64,000 bases of DNA from the NCBI GenBank assembly GCA_964016885.1, contig OZ024743.1, positions 171,182,001 to 171,246,000 on the forward strand, written 5' to 3'. The DNA is from Eledone cirrhosa. Taxonomy: Eukaryota. Below the pieces are notes generated by a model. The model ran no database searches, was not told where the DNA came from, and saw nothing but the letters and a program-made list of their open reading frames with translations. The stretch's first letter is position 1; each line of letters starts with the position of its first letter. Below, piece after piece: positions 25,521 through 40,939 of the stretch. The position numbers and the translations under genes were made by a program.

Positions 25521-26736
25521 ATTAATGTATTTTAATTAATGTATCTTTATCTTTGTATTTTTATCTATGTATTCTGCTTTTATTTATTTGTGCTTTTCTG
25601 CTTATTGTTCCTTTTACTCAGGTTTGACTATCATAGCACCCTACCAACCAAAGAACCACACTACTCATAACCCGGACTAACTGGGACTTAGATATATTCT
25701 ATTGGCGCATTTCATCGGGTTTTAACACTTTCGACTGATGTGGTGATTTTCCCGGCTGCGCGCCGGGCGCTCGGGTGGTTCAGCCTTCCTTGAGTGCTTG
25801 GAAAAATAAATTTCCCCTCTTTCGGTAAACGAAATTACTCGGAGCGGATCGCTTCGGCCCCGAGGCTCACCGCGCCGCCTGTTTTGACGACCATATTATA
25901 CTTATACCTATAAACTCCAGGTTTAGGCATAACTATTAGCTGTATCATGCCTCCCTCTACTGGCACGTAAATAAACCCCTCCTGTGTGAATTAATGGTAT
26001 TCGTTTGGTATGGACGATGGCCTGTCGAAGATGGTAGACTTCCCGCTAGCACACCCGGAGCCTAAGGCAGTTACGTTCCTAGAGTACTCGCAAAAATTAA
26101 TTTCCATTTCTTTCGCTAGATGAAACTGGCTGACACGTTGGTAGAGGAGGTGCTGGCTGGGATATACAATCGAAGGCTTTAATCTTTACTCTATATTCCA
26201 CCCTGATAACTTATCGAGATTCCCTATAATACACTTAAACTGTTTCATATAAGACTCTCTCTGTAATTTCATTAAATAAATCTCGCAACCTAAACCTTTA
26301 ATTTTTAATCATTTTTTTAATTTTTTAATTTTTAATTTTTAATTTAATTTCATCCTATAACTCTAAACATAAGTTTCACGTTCCAATTTTCTGTTCACAC
26401 ATTATACCATATAGACGCCACTATATATGCCTCTGTTAAGATATATATTCTTTGGAAAAACATTTTTCGCGGCGATTTCTAGCCTGACTGTAGTGTGACA
26501 CTTACGCTGACTTTTCTTCTTTCTTTCTTTCTTCCTTTTTTCTTCTTTTCTTTTTGACGGAGAGGTGGTAGTATAATAAGCCTTCGCCCCCTCACCAGAT
26601 GGACATTAGTAGACCGAGTAGCCATCACTTGAGGGCGACTGACCGAGGTGAAAGCAGCTAGTTGGTCAGTCGTCCTCTTTGTCTTTGATATTCGGACCAA
26701 TGGATTTTATCTGTTATGTTCCTTTGTTATATTTCG

Positions 26737-26796
26737 AATACCTGAAGATATCACCGGATTCATACGGAACCCGGTCATTGAAATGATCATAATATA
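26737..26796 (+). ncRNA. Type I hammerhead (family A); stem I weakened by a point change
   Basis: AATAC-CTGAAGA-...-GAAA-TGATCA-TA-ATAT. Sister copies have GTAT here. Confidence 0.65.
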
Positions 26797-27008
26797 ATAA
26801 ACCTTTCAAGGATTTACCCCAGTCCAGTCTCCTGTTATTTTATTTATAATAATTAACTCCGTATTCGCACCAGCAACTACACAAATTAAAACGGGTGAGC
26901 TGCATTAAGTTCTGTACTCTCCATAATATTACATCGAGATTGACCATACGGAATGATCAATTCTATCCAGTGGTGAACCAACAAACATAAATAAATATAT
27001 ATATATAT

Positions 27009-27347
27009 ATGAAAGACGTAAATAAGAAAGTTATGAAAATTGACTTACTTACTAAATTTTTTATATAAGTTCCCAGTGTCCTCGTATTGCCTGGAAACTT
27101 AGCTGAGAATAGACTCCCTGATGACGTAAGGTTTCTCTATGGATACGCTCCGTAACCATATTTACAGAAACTAATTAGTTGGAGTGAAATTTTAGTAAGT
27201 AAGTCAATTTTCATAACTTTCTTATTTACGTCTTTCATATAATTGTTCTGCATCCCCTTGCATAGAACGACAAAGTTACTAAGACAAAACATATACATTT
27301 GCTAACATAGGTATGCATCTGTATACATATGTTGGTAGATATACTAA

Positions 27348-27350
<3 letters not shown>
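27009..27350 (+). mobile_element. Short PLE-type end fragment: about 50-bp inverted repeats around a hammerhead, inserted in (TA)n
   Basis: ATGAAAGACGTAAATAAGAAAGTTATGAAAATTGACTTACTTACTAAA (27009-27057) is inverted at about 27191-27240. Confidence 0.8.
27113..27185 (+). ncRNA. Type I hammerhead ribozyme
   Basis: ACTCC-CTGATGA-C GTAAG...TTTAC A-GAAA-CTAATTAG-TT-GGAGT. Palindromic stem III. Confidence 0.85.
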
Positions 27351-27399
<49 letters not shown>

Positions 27400-27492
27400 C
27401 GAAGGAAGTGTGGTAAGGAACCAGATGGACCATAACGCACCAGAGTACTCAATACTTAGGCTAGTAGAGTGGATAATAGGAAGATGTTCAAG

Positions 27493-27587
27493 ACCCGGAC
27501 GGCAGAGCTCAAGCCGTTTCGACGGCTATTTCTGGTCTAATTTAGAATGTTTAGCGTGGTAATAAATAGCCGAACTTTTCAAGGGGC
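27493..27587 (-). ncRNA. Hammerhead with U3-A8 core variant (family B)
   Basis: Minus strand reads GCCCC-TTGAAAA-GTTCGGCTATTT...AAATAGCCGTC-GAAA-CGGC TTGAGCTCT GCCG-TC-CGGGT. The first stem I pair is mismatched in this copy. Confidence 0.7.
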
Positions 27588-30287
27588 AATTCCTTATATG
27601 GGAAGATTGTATTTGTCAAAAGGATTGGTCAACATCTCTTTCATGGCAGTGGGTAGGGTGGGGGTGGCTGAACTTGCCTGTAGAACAATGAGGGAGTGTG
27701 TGGAGCCGGTCAAACGTTGAAACTGAATTCTATACAGCAAATTCTAAGGAGTGTTTATGAAATTAGGCTAGCTAGAACGCAGACGAAAAAAGAAATCTGG
27801 AGGAATCTGAGAGTGGGAAGTTATAAAATTAATAAATTGAGATTAATAAATTAAAAAAATAATAAATAAAAATTATAATAATATTAAAAAATTAAATAAT
27901 AAAAAATAATTTAAAAAACTAGAGTCTAAAGCAGCTGCTATATTTGTAGCTGATATTGCGTTTCCGGCCAATGCTATATAGAATTTACTGAGGCTACAAA
28001 AGCCCAAACTCCACCTACAAAAGATCCGAACTCCTCCTATAAAAAGGCTAACCATACAATAATCCATGACATAAATCTAGATGGACAACAAATTACCTCC
28101 AACCTCGGTGTTGCCGACCGCACTGAACCTCTCGACCCACGGACTCCCTACTTCACCCTGAAGGACCATAAATCCCACAAAGATCCTAGACCATGTTATA
28201 CCAAAAGTCAAGCAAAACGCGAGACTTAACTTTTGGGTCAGCACCCAGGAAGTCATCTCATGGTTCAGGAATATTGAGGACAAACGGGACACCAAATTCA
28301 TCCAGTTCGATATAGAGAGCTATTACACCTCTATTATCCTACCGCTCCTTACGGCCGCTTTGGACTTTGCCAAAACACTCATACCCATCACCGACCAGGA
28401 AAGAAACATCATTCTCCACGCCAGGAAGACAGTCCTCCTTTTCGACAACTCCAAGTGGTTAAAGAGAGCTCCCGACTCCCCCTTCGACGTCAGTATGGGC
28501 GCGACCGACTCGGCGGAGGTGACCGATCTTATAGGATTATTCCTACTAGATAAACTCACCGAAATGTTTCCTGCATTCGGCGGTGGATTGTACCGAGACG
28601 ATGGGCTCCTTACCCTCAAAGGGTACAACCCCAGTAGTACAGACCGGATCCATAAACACCTAATCAACTTCCGGGACTGGGGATATAAAATCACCCTACA
28701 AATGTCCCTAACCTGAGTCGATTTCCTGGACGTTACACTCAAACTATAAAATGATCTGTACTACCCATACAGGAAACCAAACGACAACCTTCACTACATC
28801 CACCGCCGCTCTAACCACCCTAGAAGCATCACCAATAACCGCATATCTCGTTTGTCCACAACGAGCAGATATTCGATGAACATGCGCCTTATTACAATCA
28901 GGCCCTCAAGCGAAGTGGCTTTCCTTTGATCCAGCTTCCCTTAGCGGAACCAGCAGGCGCCGCCACCGTTCACGCCACGTAACGTGGTTCAACCCTCCCT
29001 ACAATGCCGAGGTTGCAACACCAATCGGGAAAATCTTCTTTAGGCTCCTCGAAAAACACTTCCCACCACAACACAGCTACCACAACATAATTAACAAAAA
29101 CACTATCAAACTCTCCTACTGCACCACACCCAACTTCGCACAAAACATTGCCTCCTCAAACAACAAGAAACTCAACTCCTATGGAAGAAACAACCTAGAC
29201 ATTAATGAGGAGCCGACCAGGAGGTGTAACTCCCTGATAGATCTATGTGCCCCCTCAACAACAGATGCCGAGAACGTAACGTGATCTACCAATGCATCGT
29301 GAGGACGGAAAACTTCAACAAAGGCTATATAGGATTAACCGCTTGTGACTTTAAGACCCGGCTATACCATCACCAACATACGTTCAGAAACCCGGCCCGG
29401 CGACATGCCACCACACTTCGGGCCACACCTGGGACCTCCAAGATAATAACATAACATAACATCTTACTTGGAGCTTACTGTCTATGGCTAACTCCTACAC
29501 GGGAGGACACCGTGCGTGTAACTTATGCTCGGACGAAACAATACAAATGCTGTTTACGAAGGACAAACTCCTAAACAAAAAGACGAACTTGTAACTGAAT
29601 GTAAACACCGATTGTGTAGGACTTACCTCGCCATCAAATCCCCTCATGACCCGGGTGGGTAGACAATGGCTACAAAATATTTCTTTTCCCCACTTGCCGA
29701 ACAAGATAGGGGAAACCCCAGCATACATAGGTAGATGTATATCTTTTCTTTTTTCCCTTTATCTCTTCTTCTCACTTCCTTCCACTCCCTCTCACCCTTT
29801 TCCTCTTTCGCCTACCCTGAGGCAGCCCATCGGGCTTTTGTAGCCTCAGTACCCCCATCCCAGTAAATTCTATATAGCATTGGCCGAAAACGCAATACCA
29901 GCTAAAAATATAGCAGTTGCTTTAGACTCTAGTTTTTTAATTATATTTTATTAATTCATTTTTTAATATTATTATTATTTTTATTTATTATTTTTTTATT
30001 TTTTAATCTCAATTTATTAACCTTTTAATTTTATAACTTCCCACTCTCAGATTCCTCCAGATTTCTTTTTTCGTCTGCGTTCTAGCTAGCCTAATTTCAT
30101 ACACACTCCTTAGAATTTGGTGTATAGAATTCACTTTCAACGCTTGACCGGCTCCACTCACTCCCTCATTGTTCTACAGGCAAGTTCAGCCATCCCACCC
30201 GCACCTACCGCCATGAAAGATTTAATTGTGTTTACAAGAAATGTTGACCAATCCTTTTGACAACTACAATCTTCCCATAAAGGAATT

Positions 30288-30382
30288 ACACCTTGAAAAG
30301 TTCAGCTATTTATTACCACGCTAAAAATTCTAATTTAGTCCAGAAATAGCCGTCGAAACGGCTTGAGCTCTGCCGTCGGGGT
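30288..30382 (+). ncRNA. Hammerhead with U3-A8 core variant (family B)
   Basis: ACACC-TTGAAAA(30293-30299)-GTTCAGCTATTT...AAATAGCCGTC-GAAA(30355-30358)-CGGC..GCCG-TC-GGGGT. Confidence 0.7.
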
Positions 30383-30394
30383 CTTGAACATATT

Positions 30395-32101
<1,707 letters not shown>

Positions 32102-32116
32102 TAAATAACAGATTAA

Positions 32117-32167
32117 AGTTTAAGCAAAGAATCGCTGCTTTCACCCTTAACGGGATCTTCTCAAACT
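32117..32167 (-). ncRNA. Hammerhead-like fold, mutated core GAGAAGA
   Basis: Inverse of 35457-35507 with C3 changed to G. Confidence 0.5.
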
Positions 32168-33098
32168 AACAAAGTCAATCTGTAAACGCAGAACTGGATA
32201 TTTCAAAAAACGTTGCAACCGGAGGAAGACAGGAAGACGATACTTTGGTTCGTGGAAACGTTCGCTGGCAAAGAACGGGGAAAAAACGAATAATGCGTCA
32301 TTAATAGGAGCGGTGAAAAACAATTACGCGCAAAGACAGAACCACGTTTATGGTATAAAAGAGGTCGTAGACTAATGTTCTCTTAGGTGGTGCATAGAGA
32401 CGTTCTCTGGCAATGAACTAAAAAACGAAGATAATAAGTCATATGTGGAGCGTAGAGAACAATAGCACACAAAAACAAAACCACGTAAATGGTATAGCAG
32501 AAGTGGTAGACTAAAATTCTAACTAGGAGACCAAATGAATCTCCGCTACAGAGTTAAGAACAAAGTAAATAAATACAATACAGAAGTAATAGAAATAAAT
32601 AAATACGTACACGCAAACAAATACGTACATACACAAGCATACGCAAAACCTTACCATAGGTATACAAAACCACGCACATATAAATATGTGTGTGTGTGTG
32701 TATGCTTGTGTACAAATAAATAAATAATTATATAAACGTATATAAGTAAATAAATACGTATATAACAAGCGCACACACATACCTACATATAAATACACGA
32801 ATGTTCGGAGACGTAAGTCAACTAAAACTAGAAGTACACATATACACACACCCACCATACGTACGAACCTGCATACTCACGCAGACGCAAAACATCCGTA
32901 TACACATAGCCAAACCCTAAATACCAGAATATATAAAAATTATACGCCATAACAATCAAATATACGTACGAGAAGGTATACATACCTTCACAAAACATAC
33001 GGGTAATATATACTTACCTATGCAAATAAGTAAAGGAATAAACAAAACATATACTTAGCTCCCACATCAAGACGTAAAATATCCACGTATAGATCGTA

Positions 33099-35227
33099 CT
33101 ATCCGTAAGGGTATAACGTTGGGCTGTAATACAGGAAAGTTTTGTGCAATTTATGTTTACAAGCCGAAATTGCCTCAGATTTTTTGTGTGAGATGTGGTC
33201 TGTGGCGTAGAGTATTTCCAGGGCCTCAGCGGCGCAGAGGTCACATGGTCTTTTATTTCCGTTATACGATCTAGCCCTAGCTAGGATCTCTCAGTGTAAC
33301 TTATATTGGGTGTGGTTGTCTTTTAGACTCCAGATATAAGCTGAAAGTGACGTCATATTCCTTCTTAGAGGGTAACGAAAAGAATGGGTATGCATGTAAA
33401 GACGCTGCTTGAAACTATTGGCGGTTAACCCTATGTAGGCCCTACGGGACGTGGGTGTTACAACCTTACATTTGTAGACAATGTTACTAGAGAGGCATTT
33501 CTCGGATAGGGGGCAATCAGCCCGATTCCTACAATTACAGTTAGTACTAACTACAGGGTTGCACGTGTTCCTACGGCTAGGTAGTTTAGCTAAATTTAAA
33601 GCTGTGATGTTATGTGCAAGGTTAGGAGTCGTGGAGTAAGAAATTTTAATAGTATTTCTATTAAAAAATTTACTATATTTATGTGTAGGGGGAAAATGCT
33701 TCGTAATAAGAGAAAGGAAGATCTTAGCTAATGGTGTGGCCACCTCCATATTATATGGTGGGTTAAACCAACAAATGCGACGGGATCTATTTCTTCTAGG
33801 TCTATATTCGTACTCTGTATATGCTACCTTATCGACAAATCCACTTCGAGCAAGAGCTTCATTGTAATAAGTGGAATGGTCGTTGAAAATGCGCTCGTTG
33901 GTGGAAAGACGGGAAAGCCTCAACGAAACGTTTCTTACCAGGTTCTTGGTTATGTTGGCAGGATGGTTGGAATGCTTACTTATATAATTAAGCGTATCAT
34001 TCGGCTTTCTATACGGGTAATACAACCCATTCAATAAATTGAGGGTAACGTCGAGGTAATTAACGACCGAGAGATTGGCCTCAACCTGTATAGAGAGGTT
34101 GAAGCCTTTAAAGAAGGCTGTGAGTTCTTTTCTGAACCTGTCGCAAACACGAGGTCCGCACTTAGTCATGGTCAAAAGACCATCGTCACGGTACAAACCA
34201 CCGCCCGCGTTGGGGAATTCGTCCTTGATAGAGAAAAGAAGGAAAAGGCCAATAAGATCAGTAACCTCCGCAGAGTCACTGGCGCCCATACTCACGTCGA
34301 ATGGAGTACTATTGGATTTTTTAATCCAAATAGAGTCGTCGAAATTAATCACCGACTTTCGGGCATTAAGGATGACATCAACTTCGAAATCCTTAACCAC
34401 TGCGAGTGTTTCAGCGAAATTGATAGCTCTAAGGAGAAGTGGTAAAGTGATGGAGGAGTAGTAATTGTTGATGTCGAATTGGATAAAACGGCAATGTTCC
34501 TTGTTACGTATGCCGTTGAACCAATCAATCACCGCGAAAGAATTGTTCCACAGTGCGCGAGGGGCCAAACTTCTAATTTCAGGTATAATTCTATCAAGAA
34601 TCGTTTTACTAAGTCTACCTAAATCGGACTTCGTAGGGTTAATAAGCCGAATAGAGGGGTTGTTCGGAAAATTGGATTTGTGATCCTTCAGGGTAAAGTG
34701 GGGAGAAATAGGGTCCAGAGGTTCGGTCCGGTTCAGGATGTTGAGATCAGATGTGATTTTAAACCCAACGTCGTTGATTTCATTGATGACGCACCGATTA
34801 GTTTTACGGTAATCCTTAGTTACAGCATTATGTAGTAGTTGATGGTAAGTACTGCGCTCCACTTGATATAGGTTGCCAGTTTTGTCGGAATGGACGTGCA
34901 CGGCATTAGAATCCTTAATAGAATGAATTCTATTCTTCAGGTCTTGCTGGAAGGAATTGCTCCTATTCCGAAATTTGATACTCCGAATGAGTTCCAAGAC
35001 ATCATTTTCGAAGGGTAGAAATGCTGGGTTCCACGGGGGTTATTATAGATTTTAAATCCAAATTTATCCTGTTTGTTGACTGCTTTTCGCGGATTATCGA
35101 AATAAAAGGCACGCCAACGCAACCTTTTAATGAACGCGTCTGTTTTCTGTATCAGGAGTTTTAGGTATGTTTTCCTGCTTGGTACGGGTATGTTCTTTGT
35201 AGAAATATTCAGATGTTGTTTCTGCAT
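33099..35227 (-). pseudogene. PLE RT/GIY-YIG polyprotein with one frameshift (about 35010) and one nonsense codon (TGA at 33291-33293)
   Basis: KNIPVP...RLRWRA, FDINNYY, SMGASD, GLYRDDG, WFNPPY, CNCRNRADCPLSEKC, YIGLT. Read-through of the TGA gives EILARARSY...CDLC..E...CKH up to TAG at 33099-33101. Confidence 0.9.
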
Positions 35228-35456
35228 GATGAATATAAGTCAGTAGAGTGCTCAACAAGGTTTTGCGTATGCTTGTGTATGTACGTATTTGTTTGCGTGT
35301 ACGTATTTATTTATTTCTATTACTTCTGTATTGTATTTATTTACTTTGTTCTTAACTCTGTAGCGGAGATTCGAACCAAAGTATCGTCTTCCTGTCTTCC
35401 TCCGGTTGCAACGTTTTTTGAAATATCCAGTTCTGCGTTTACAGATTGACTTTGTT

Positions 35457-35507
35457 AGTTTCAGAAGATCCCGTTAAGGGTGAAAGCAGCGATTCTTTGC
35501 TTAAACT
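35457..35507 (+). ncRNA. Hammerhead-like fold, core CAGAAGA
   Basis: AGTTT-CAGAAGA-T CCC GTTAA GGG T-GAAA-GCAG...TTGC-TT-AAACT. Confidence 0.65.
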
Positions 35508-35732
35508 TTAATCTGTTATTTAATAAATATTTGCTCTACGGTTCTTATATATTTGATATATATTTATCCTTATCGAGCCCTCTTTGGATTTTAGTCTTCA
35601 ATTTTATTATTATTACTATATATATATATATAATTATAATTGAATATAAAAGAAAAAACGAACACATATCTCTTTCTTAGAGCTATTTTGTTGTAAGATA
35701 CTATTTTGAGTTCCTAACTCAATATATACCTT

Positions 35733-35810
<78 letters not shown>

Positions 35811-35813
<3 letters not shown>

Positions 35814-36066
35814 AAAACGTTTAACCCACCCCGACGGCAGAGCTCAAGCCGTTTCGACAGTTATTTCTGGACTAAATTAGAATTTTTAGTGTGGTAAATA
35901 AATTTATCACGCTAAAAATTCTAATTTAGTCCAGAAATAGCCGGCGAAACGGCTTGAGCTCTGCCGTCGGAGTTAAACATTTTCCTATTACTCATTCTAC
36001 TAGCCTAAGTATTGAGTACTCTGGTGCGTTATGGTCCATCTTGTTCCTTACCACACCCCCTTCGTT
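35811..36066 (+). mobile_element. Hairpin-plus-tail fragment of the family B PLE end, in (TA)n
   Basis: About 85-bp palindrome centred near 35900 plus a tail matching the inverse of 27398-27478. Contains only the GAAA/stem III half of the hammerhead. Confidence 0.8.
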
Positions 36067-37333
36067 ATATATATATATATAAATATATATGGGTTTGTGA
36101 TTTATACCTTATATTTAAGTTATCATAGCTGAATTGAAATTAGGATGAGAGATTGAAAATAACCATTGCGTAGATATCGTGAAAATGGGTTTTATTTTAG
36201 TCTTGAAACACTGTAATGAAATGTAAATCCAACTGTGATATTTGATTCCATTCTGCATATATTAATTTTTATAATTAAGATATGATGGAATATTATCTTT
36301 GCGTTTAGGTGCTGTATAGCTCAACAATTTGACTGTATTCGATTTTATAAAATTATTCAATAGAACTATTTTTGTTGCAGGTGTATTGTCAGCCTTTAGG
36401 AAAATGTGATGGTTATGTGACCATACATTTTACGACTATCTTGTTTTATTTTCAATGCGAGTATATTTTTACAGTCATTGTATTTCCAGAAGTGTCACAT
36501 ATAATACTGTTTGTGGCTGCTTTATGGTGTCTTTCAAATTAAATATGTAAATGGACCTTAACAAATGAATTGTTACATATTGCATTATGATTACATTTAA
36601 CTCCGGGTGAATTCTGATTGAGCAAACCGATGTTTAAAAACATTCCATCTATGATCATCTTGTATATTACAGACTATATTGTTCAACATATTCTTTTGTA
36701 ACGCGATACGATGTGGTTTGAGGGAGATTTAGCTGCTATTTCTAACAGTTCAAGTGATCATATAGAGAATCCGTTGTTAGTTTATGTTTATAGTTCACAT
36801 ACTTTATATTGATTCTGAAAAAATCTGCAACAAATACCGTAAGGCATCCTGTCCGGTGCTCTAACGAGTCCATCAGGCCGTTATCGTTGATCAATATTTC
36901 ATTTATTAATCAAAGAGTGGATTGAATTCAAAATATAAAGAACCGGATTATATACTGCAAAGCATTTCGTTTGACGCTCTTCCACTGCCAGTTTACAATT
37001 TACTTCCATCAAGTTCCATATTTACCTTAATATTCAAATTGCTTTGGTGCTGATGCTGTTGTTGTTCATTCTTTCGTAAGCCTTGATTAAACTTATCATT
37101 AAACGTGTTCTAGACATGCCCAAAGCTGTCCTTTAGTATATCTAGGAGTACACTTTTCAAAGTATCCTTTCATTTATTCTCATGGTGGTGGAAAGGAACG
37201 TGAGGGAGCATTGGCTCTATCTTTAGCGTGTGAAATGGTGAACAAATAGAAATCATGCTGATGAAATAAATAGTGTTCGGTAAGAATCACTGAGAAAATA
37301 TGAAATAGAAATTTGGCAATATAAGTCCCAGGA

Positions 37334-37400
37334 GGGTTAGTTTAGGGTTAGGGTTAGTATTAGGATTAGTATTAGGGTTAGGATTAGGGTTAGGGTTAGG
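37334..37400 (+). repeat. Interstitial telomere-like (TTAGGG)n, degenerate
   Basis: TTTAGGGTTAGGGTTAGTATTAGGATTAGTATTAGGGTTAGGATTAGGGTTAGGGTTAGG. Confidence 0.75.
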
Positions 37401-37588
37401 AAAAAAGGGAGGAAAGATAGAAACAAAATAGCAGCAAAAAAAATATTCAGTTGTGAAACATAATGGTTTTGACAAATTTTTATTCTTTTTAAATAATGTA
37501 GAAAAAAATTAATTCATAATTTGGGGTACATACACCCCTCCCCATATATATGGATTAACGAACAACAGAAGGCTGAACAACAGAAGCA

Positions 37589-38569
37589 CTCAACATTATG
37601 CAAGTCATTCATCGTAGATGTGGTATCTATTCGTTGGTGCAGGAACGGAGTAAAGTATTCATTAAACAACAGAAGGCCGGACTGGAAAATTTATTTTAGA
37701 ATTTTAATTCTGCGAAATCACTATACATATTTCGATAGCGCAGCTCTATCATCCAATTATGATGCAAGGCAGGGCCATCTCATCAGGTGTCATCCACAGA
37801 ATTATTTAACAGGATTATGTTGAACTCAAACATATAATGGAAGATAGGGAAAAGAACATAGAAAATTGAAATTTTGATTGCAAAATGTTGTTATGTTGGT
37901 ATGTTCCACAAATGCCACCAGATACTGGGAGGTGTGGTGGAGGGGGTTGGGGTGGTCAAGTGTCGACATACACATCCTTCTTAGAGAATGTCACTCCTTA
38001 ATTATAGTTTCGGCTACTCTGTCTGTCGCAGAGATCTAAAGATTCTAATCTATCAGTCGCCTTTTAGACAAGTCAGTCTGCCGTGACGGTACTTAAAGAG
38101 GTGCATAGCTATAATGAAATTGTCTAGGGAGATACTAACAATTATGCTAACAACTATAATGTAGCAGTGTTGCATTAATAATTACAAGACTTAACGGAAA
38201 CTTTTTTTTTATCTCCGATGTATCGCATTTACGAAGTCATATCAATATAACAACATTTTGCAATCAGTCCCTAAATCGAATTTTCAATTTTTCAATTTTC
38301 TTTTCCCTATCTTACATTATATGTTTGGGTTCAACACAATCCTCTTAAGTAATTCTGTGAATGACACCTGATGCGACCGCCCTGCCTAGCATCATAATTG
38401 GATGATAGAGCTGTGCTATCGAAATATGTATAGTGATTTCGCGGAATTAAATTCTGAAGCAAATTTTCCAGTCCGGCCTTCTGTTGTTGTTTAGTGAATA
38501 CTTTACTCCGTTCCTGCACCAACGACTATATACCACATCTACGATGGATGACTTGGATAACGTTGAGTA
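37589..38569. mobile_element. Foldback/MITE-like element: about 305-bp diverged inverted repeats (37589-37893 and 38248-38569) with an about 350-bp spacer
   Basis: Arms match in reverse complement (e.g. GGTGCAGGAACGGAGTAAAGTATTC / GAATACTTTACTCCGTTCCTGCACC). No ORF and no hammerhead seen. Confidence 0.75.
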
Positions 38570-38645
38570 CTTTAATTAATTTGTTACATCATGATTTACC
38601 GATCAGAACAACCAGTTCTACCTATTGGTAATCAAACTAACTTAG

Positions 38646-38683
<38 letters not shown>

Positions 38684-38687
<4 letters not shown>

Positions 38688-39106
38688 AAAGGAAACACAA
38701 ACATAGAGATAGTCATTTCCCCTCATCAGTTGTTGCTGCGGGTCTTAGATTTTTCGGGGCATTAAAAACAATAAATCTATCCGAAGTGCGATAATAACTT
38801 AGAAAGTTATTAGGGAAAGAAAGGACCAAAAGGATACGATGGCGAATTTCTTGTTTTTTCTCCTTCCTTTCTCTTCCGTTTCTTACTTTCCCTTTGTTAT
38901 CGTCTCCTTTTCGTCTTTTTTCCCCCCCTTATAACTTTGTAAGTTATTATCGCAGAGTGGATAGATGTATTGTTTTTAATGCGCCCGAAACATCTGAGAC
39001 CCCAGTAAATAACTGATGAAGGGAAATGTCTATCTCTATGTTTGTGTTTCCTTTACTTAACAAACGCTCGTTCTTAGTAACCACACAGCCTTGTCCCTTT
39101 CAATTC
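38684..39106. repeat. Inverted repeat (about 130-bp arms) with a one-sided tail, in (TA)n; PLE-end-like geometry
   Basis: 38684-38814 is the inverse of about 38925-39059. Confidence 0.75.
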
Positions 39107-40930
<1,824 letters not shown>

Positions 40931-40939
40931 AAATATACA

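Larger units (their letters stand above)
25196..26995 (+). mobile_element. Family A, copy 2, preceded by an inverted copy of its own 3' end (25196-25280)
   Basis: 25196-25280 is the reverse complement of about 26915-26995. The body is the inverse of copy 1. Confidence 0.75.
27398..30398 (+). mobile_element. Degenerate PLE (Naiad-like) with an about 550-bp inverted copy of its 3' end upstream; flanked by (TA)n
   Basis: Coding remnants at about 28050-29650: FDVSMGATDSAEV, GLYRDDG, WFNPPY, CPLNNRC, YIGLT. 27478-28006 is the inverse of 29832-30398. Confidence 0.88.

Noticed and set aside
33291-33293. In-frame TGA in a Naiad-like PLE ORF as possible selenocysteine (some Naiads encode selenoproteins)
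   Set aside because: It aligns to a conserved Trp (INWSKL in the 1199 ORF, IFWKK in the 47 kb fragment), so it is a TGG-to-TGA nonsense change. The conserved Cys positions use normal Cys codons, and I saw no convincing SECIS.
36060-37330. Possible host exon or unique regulatory DNA
   Set aside because: No ORF or splice pattern I can support. Contains old SINE-like fragments (about 36830-36990).
39008-39046. CTGATGA-AGG-GAAA motif in the 38684-39106 inverted repeat
   Set aside because: No stem II, and stems I and III are not convincingly formed in either arm.
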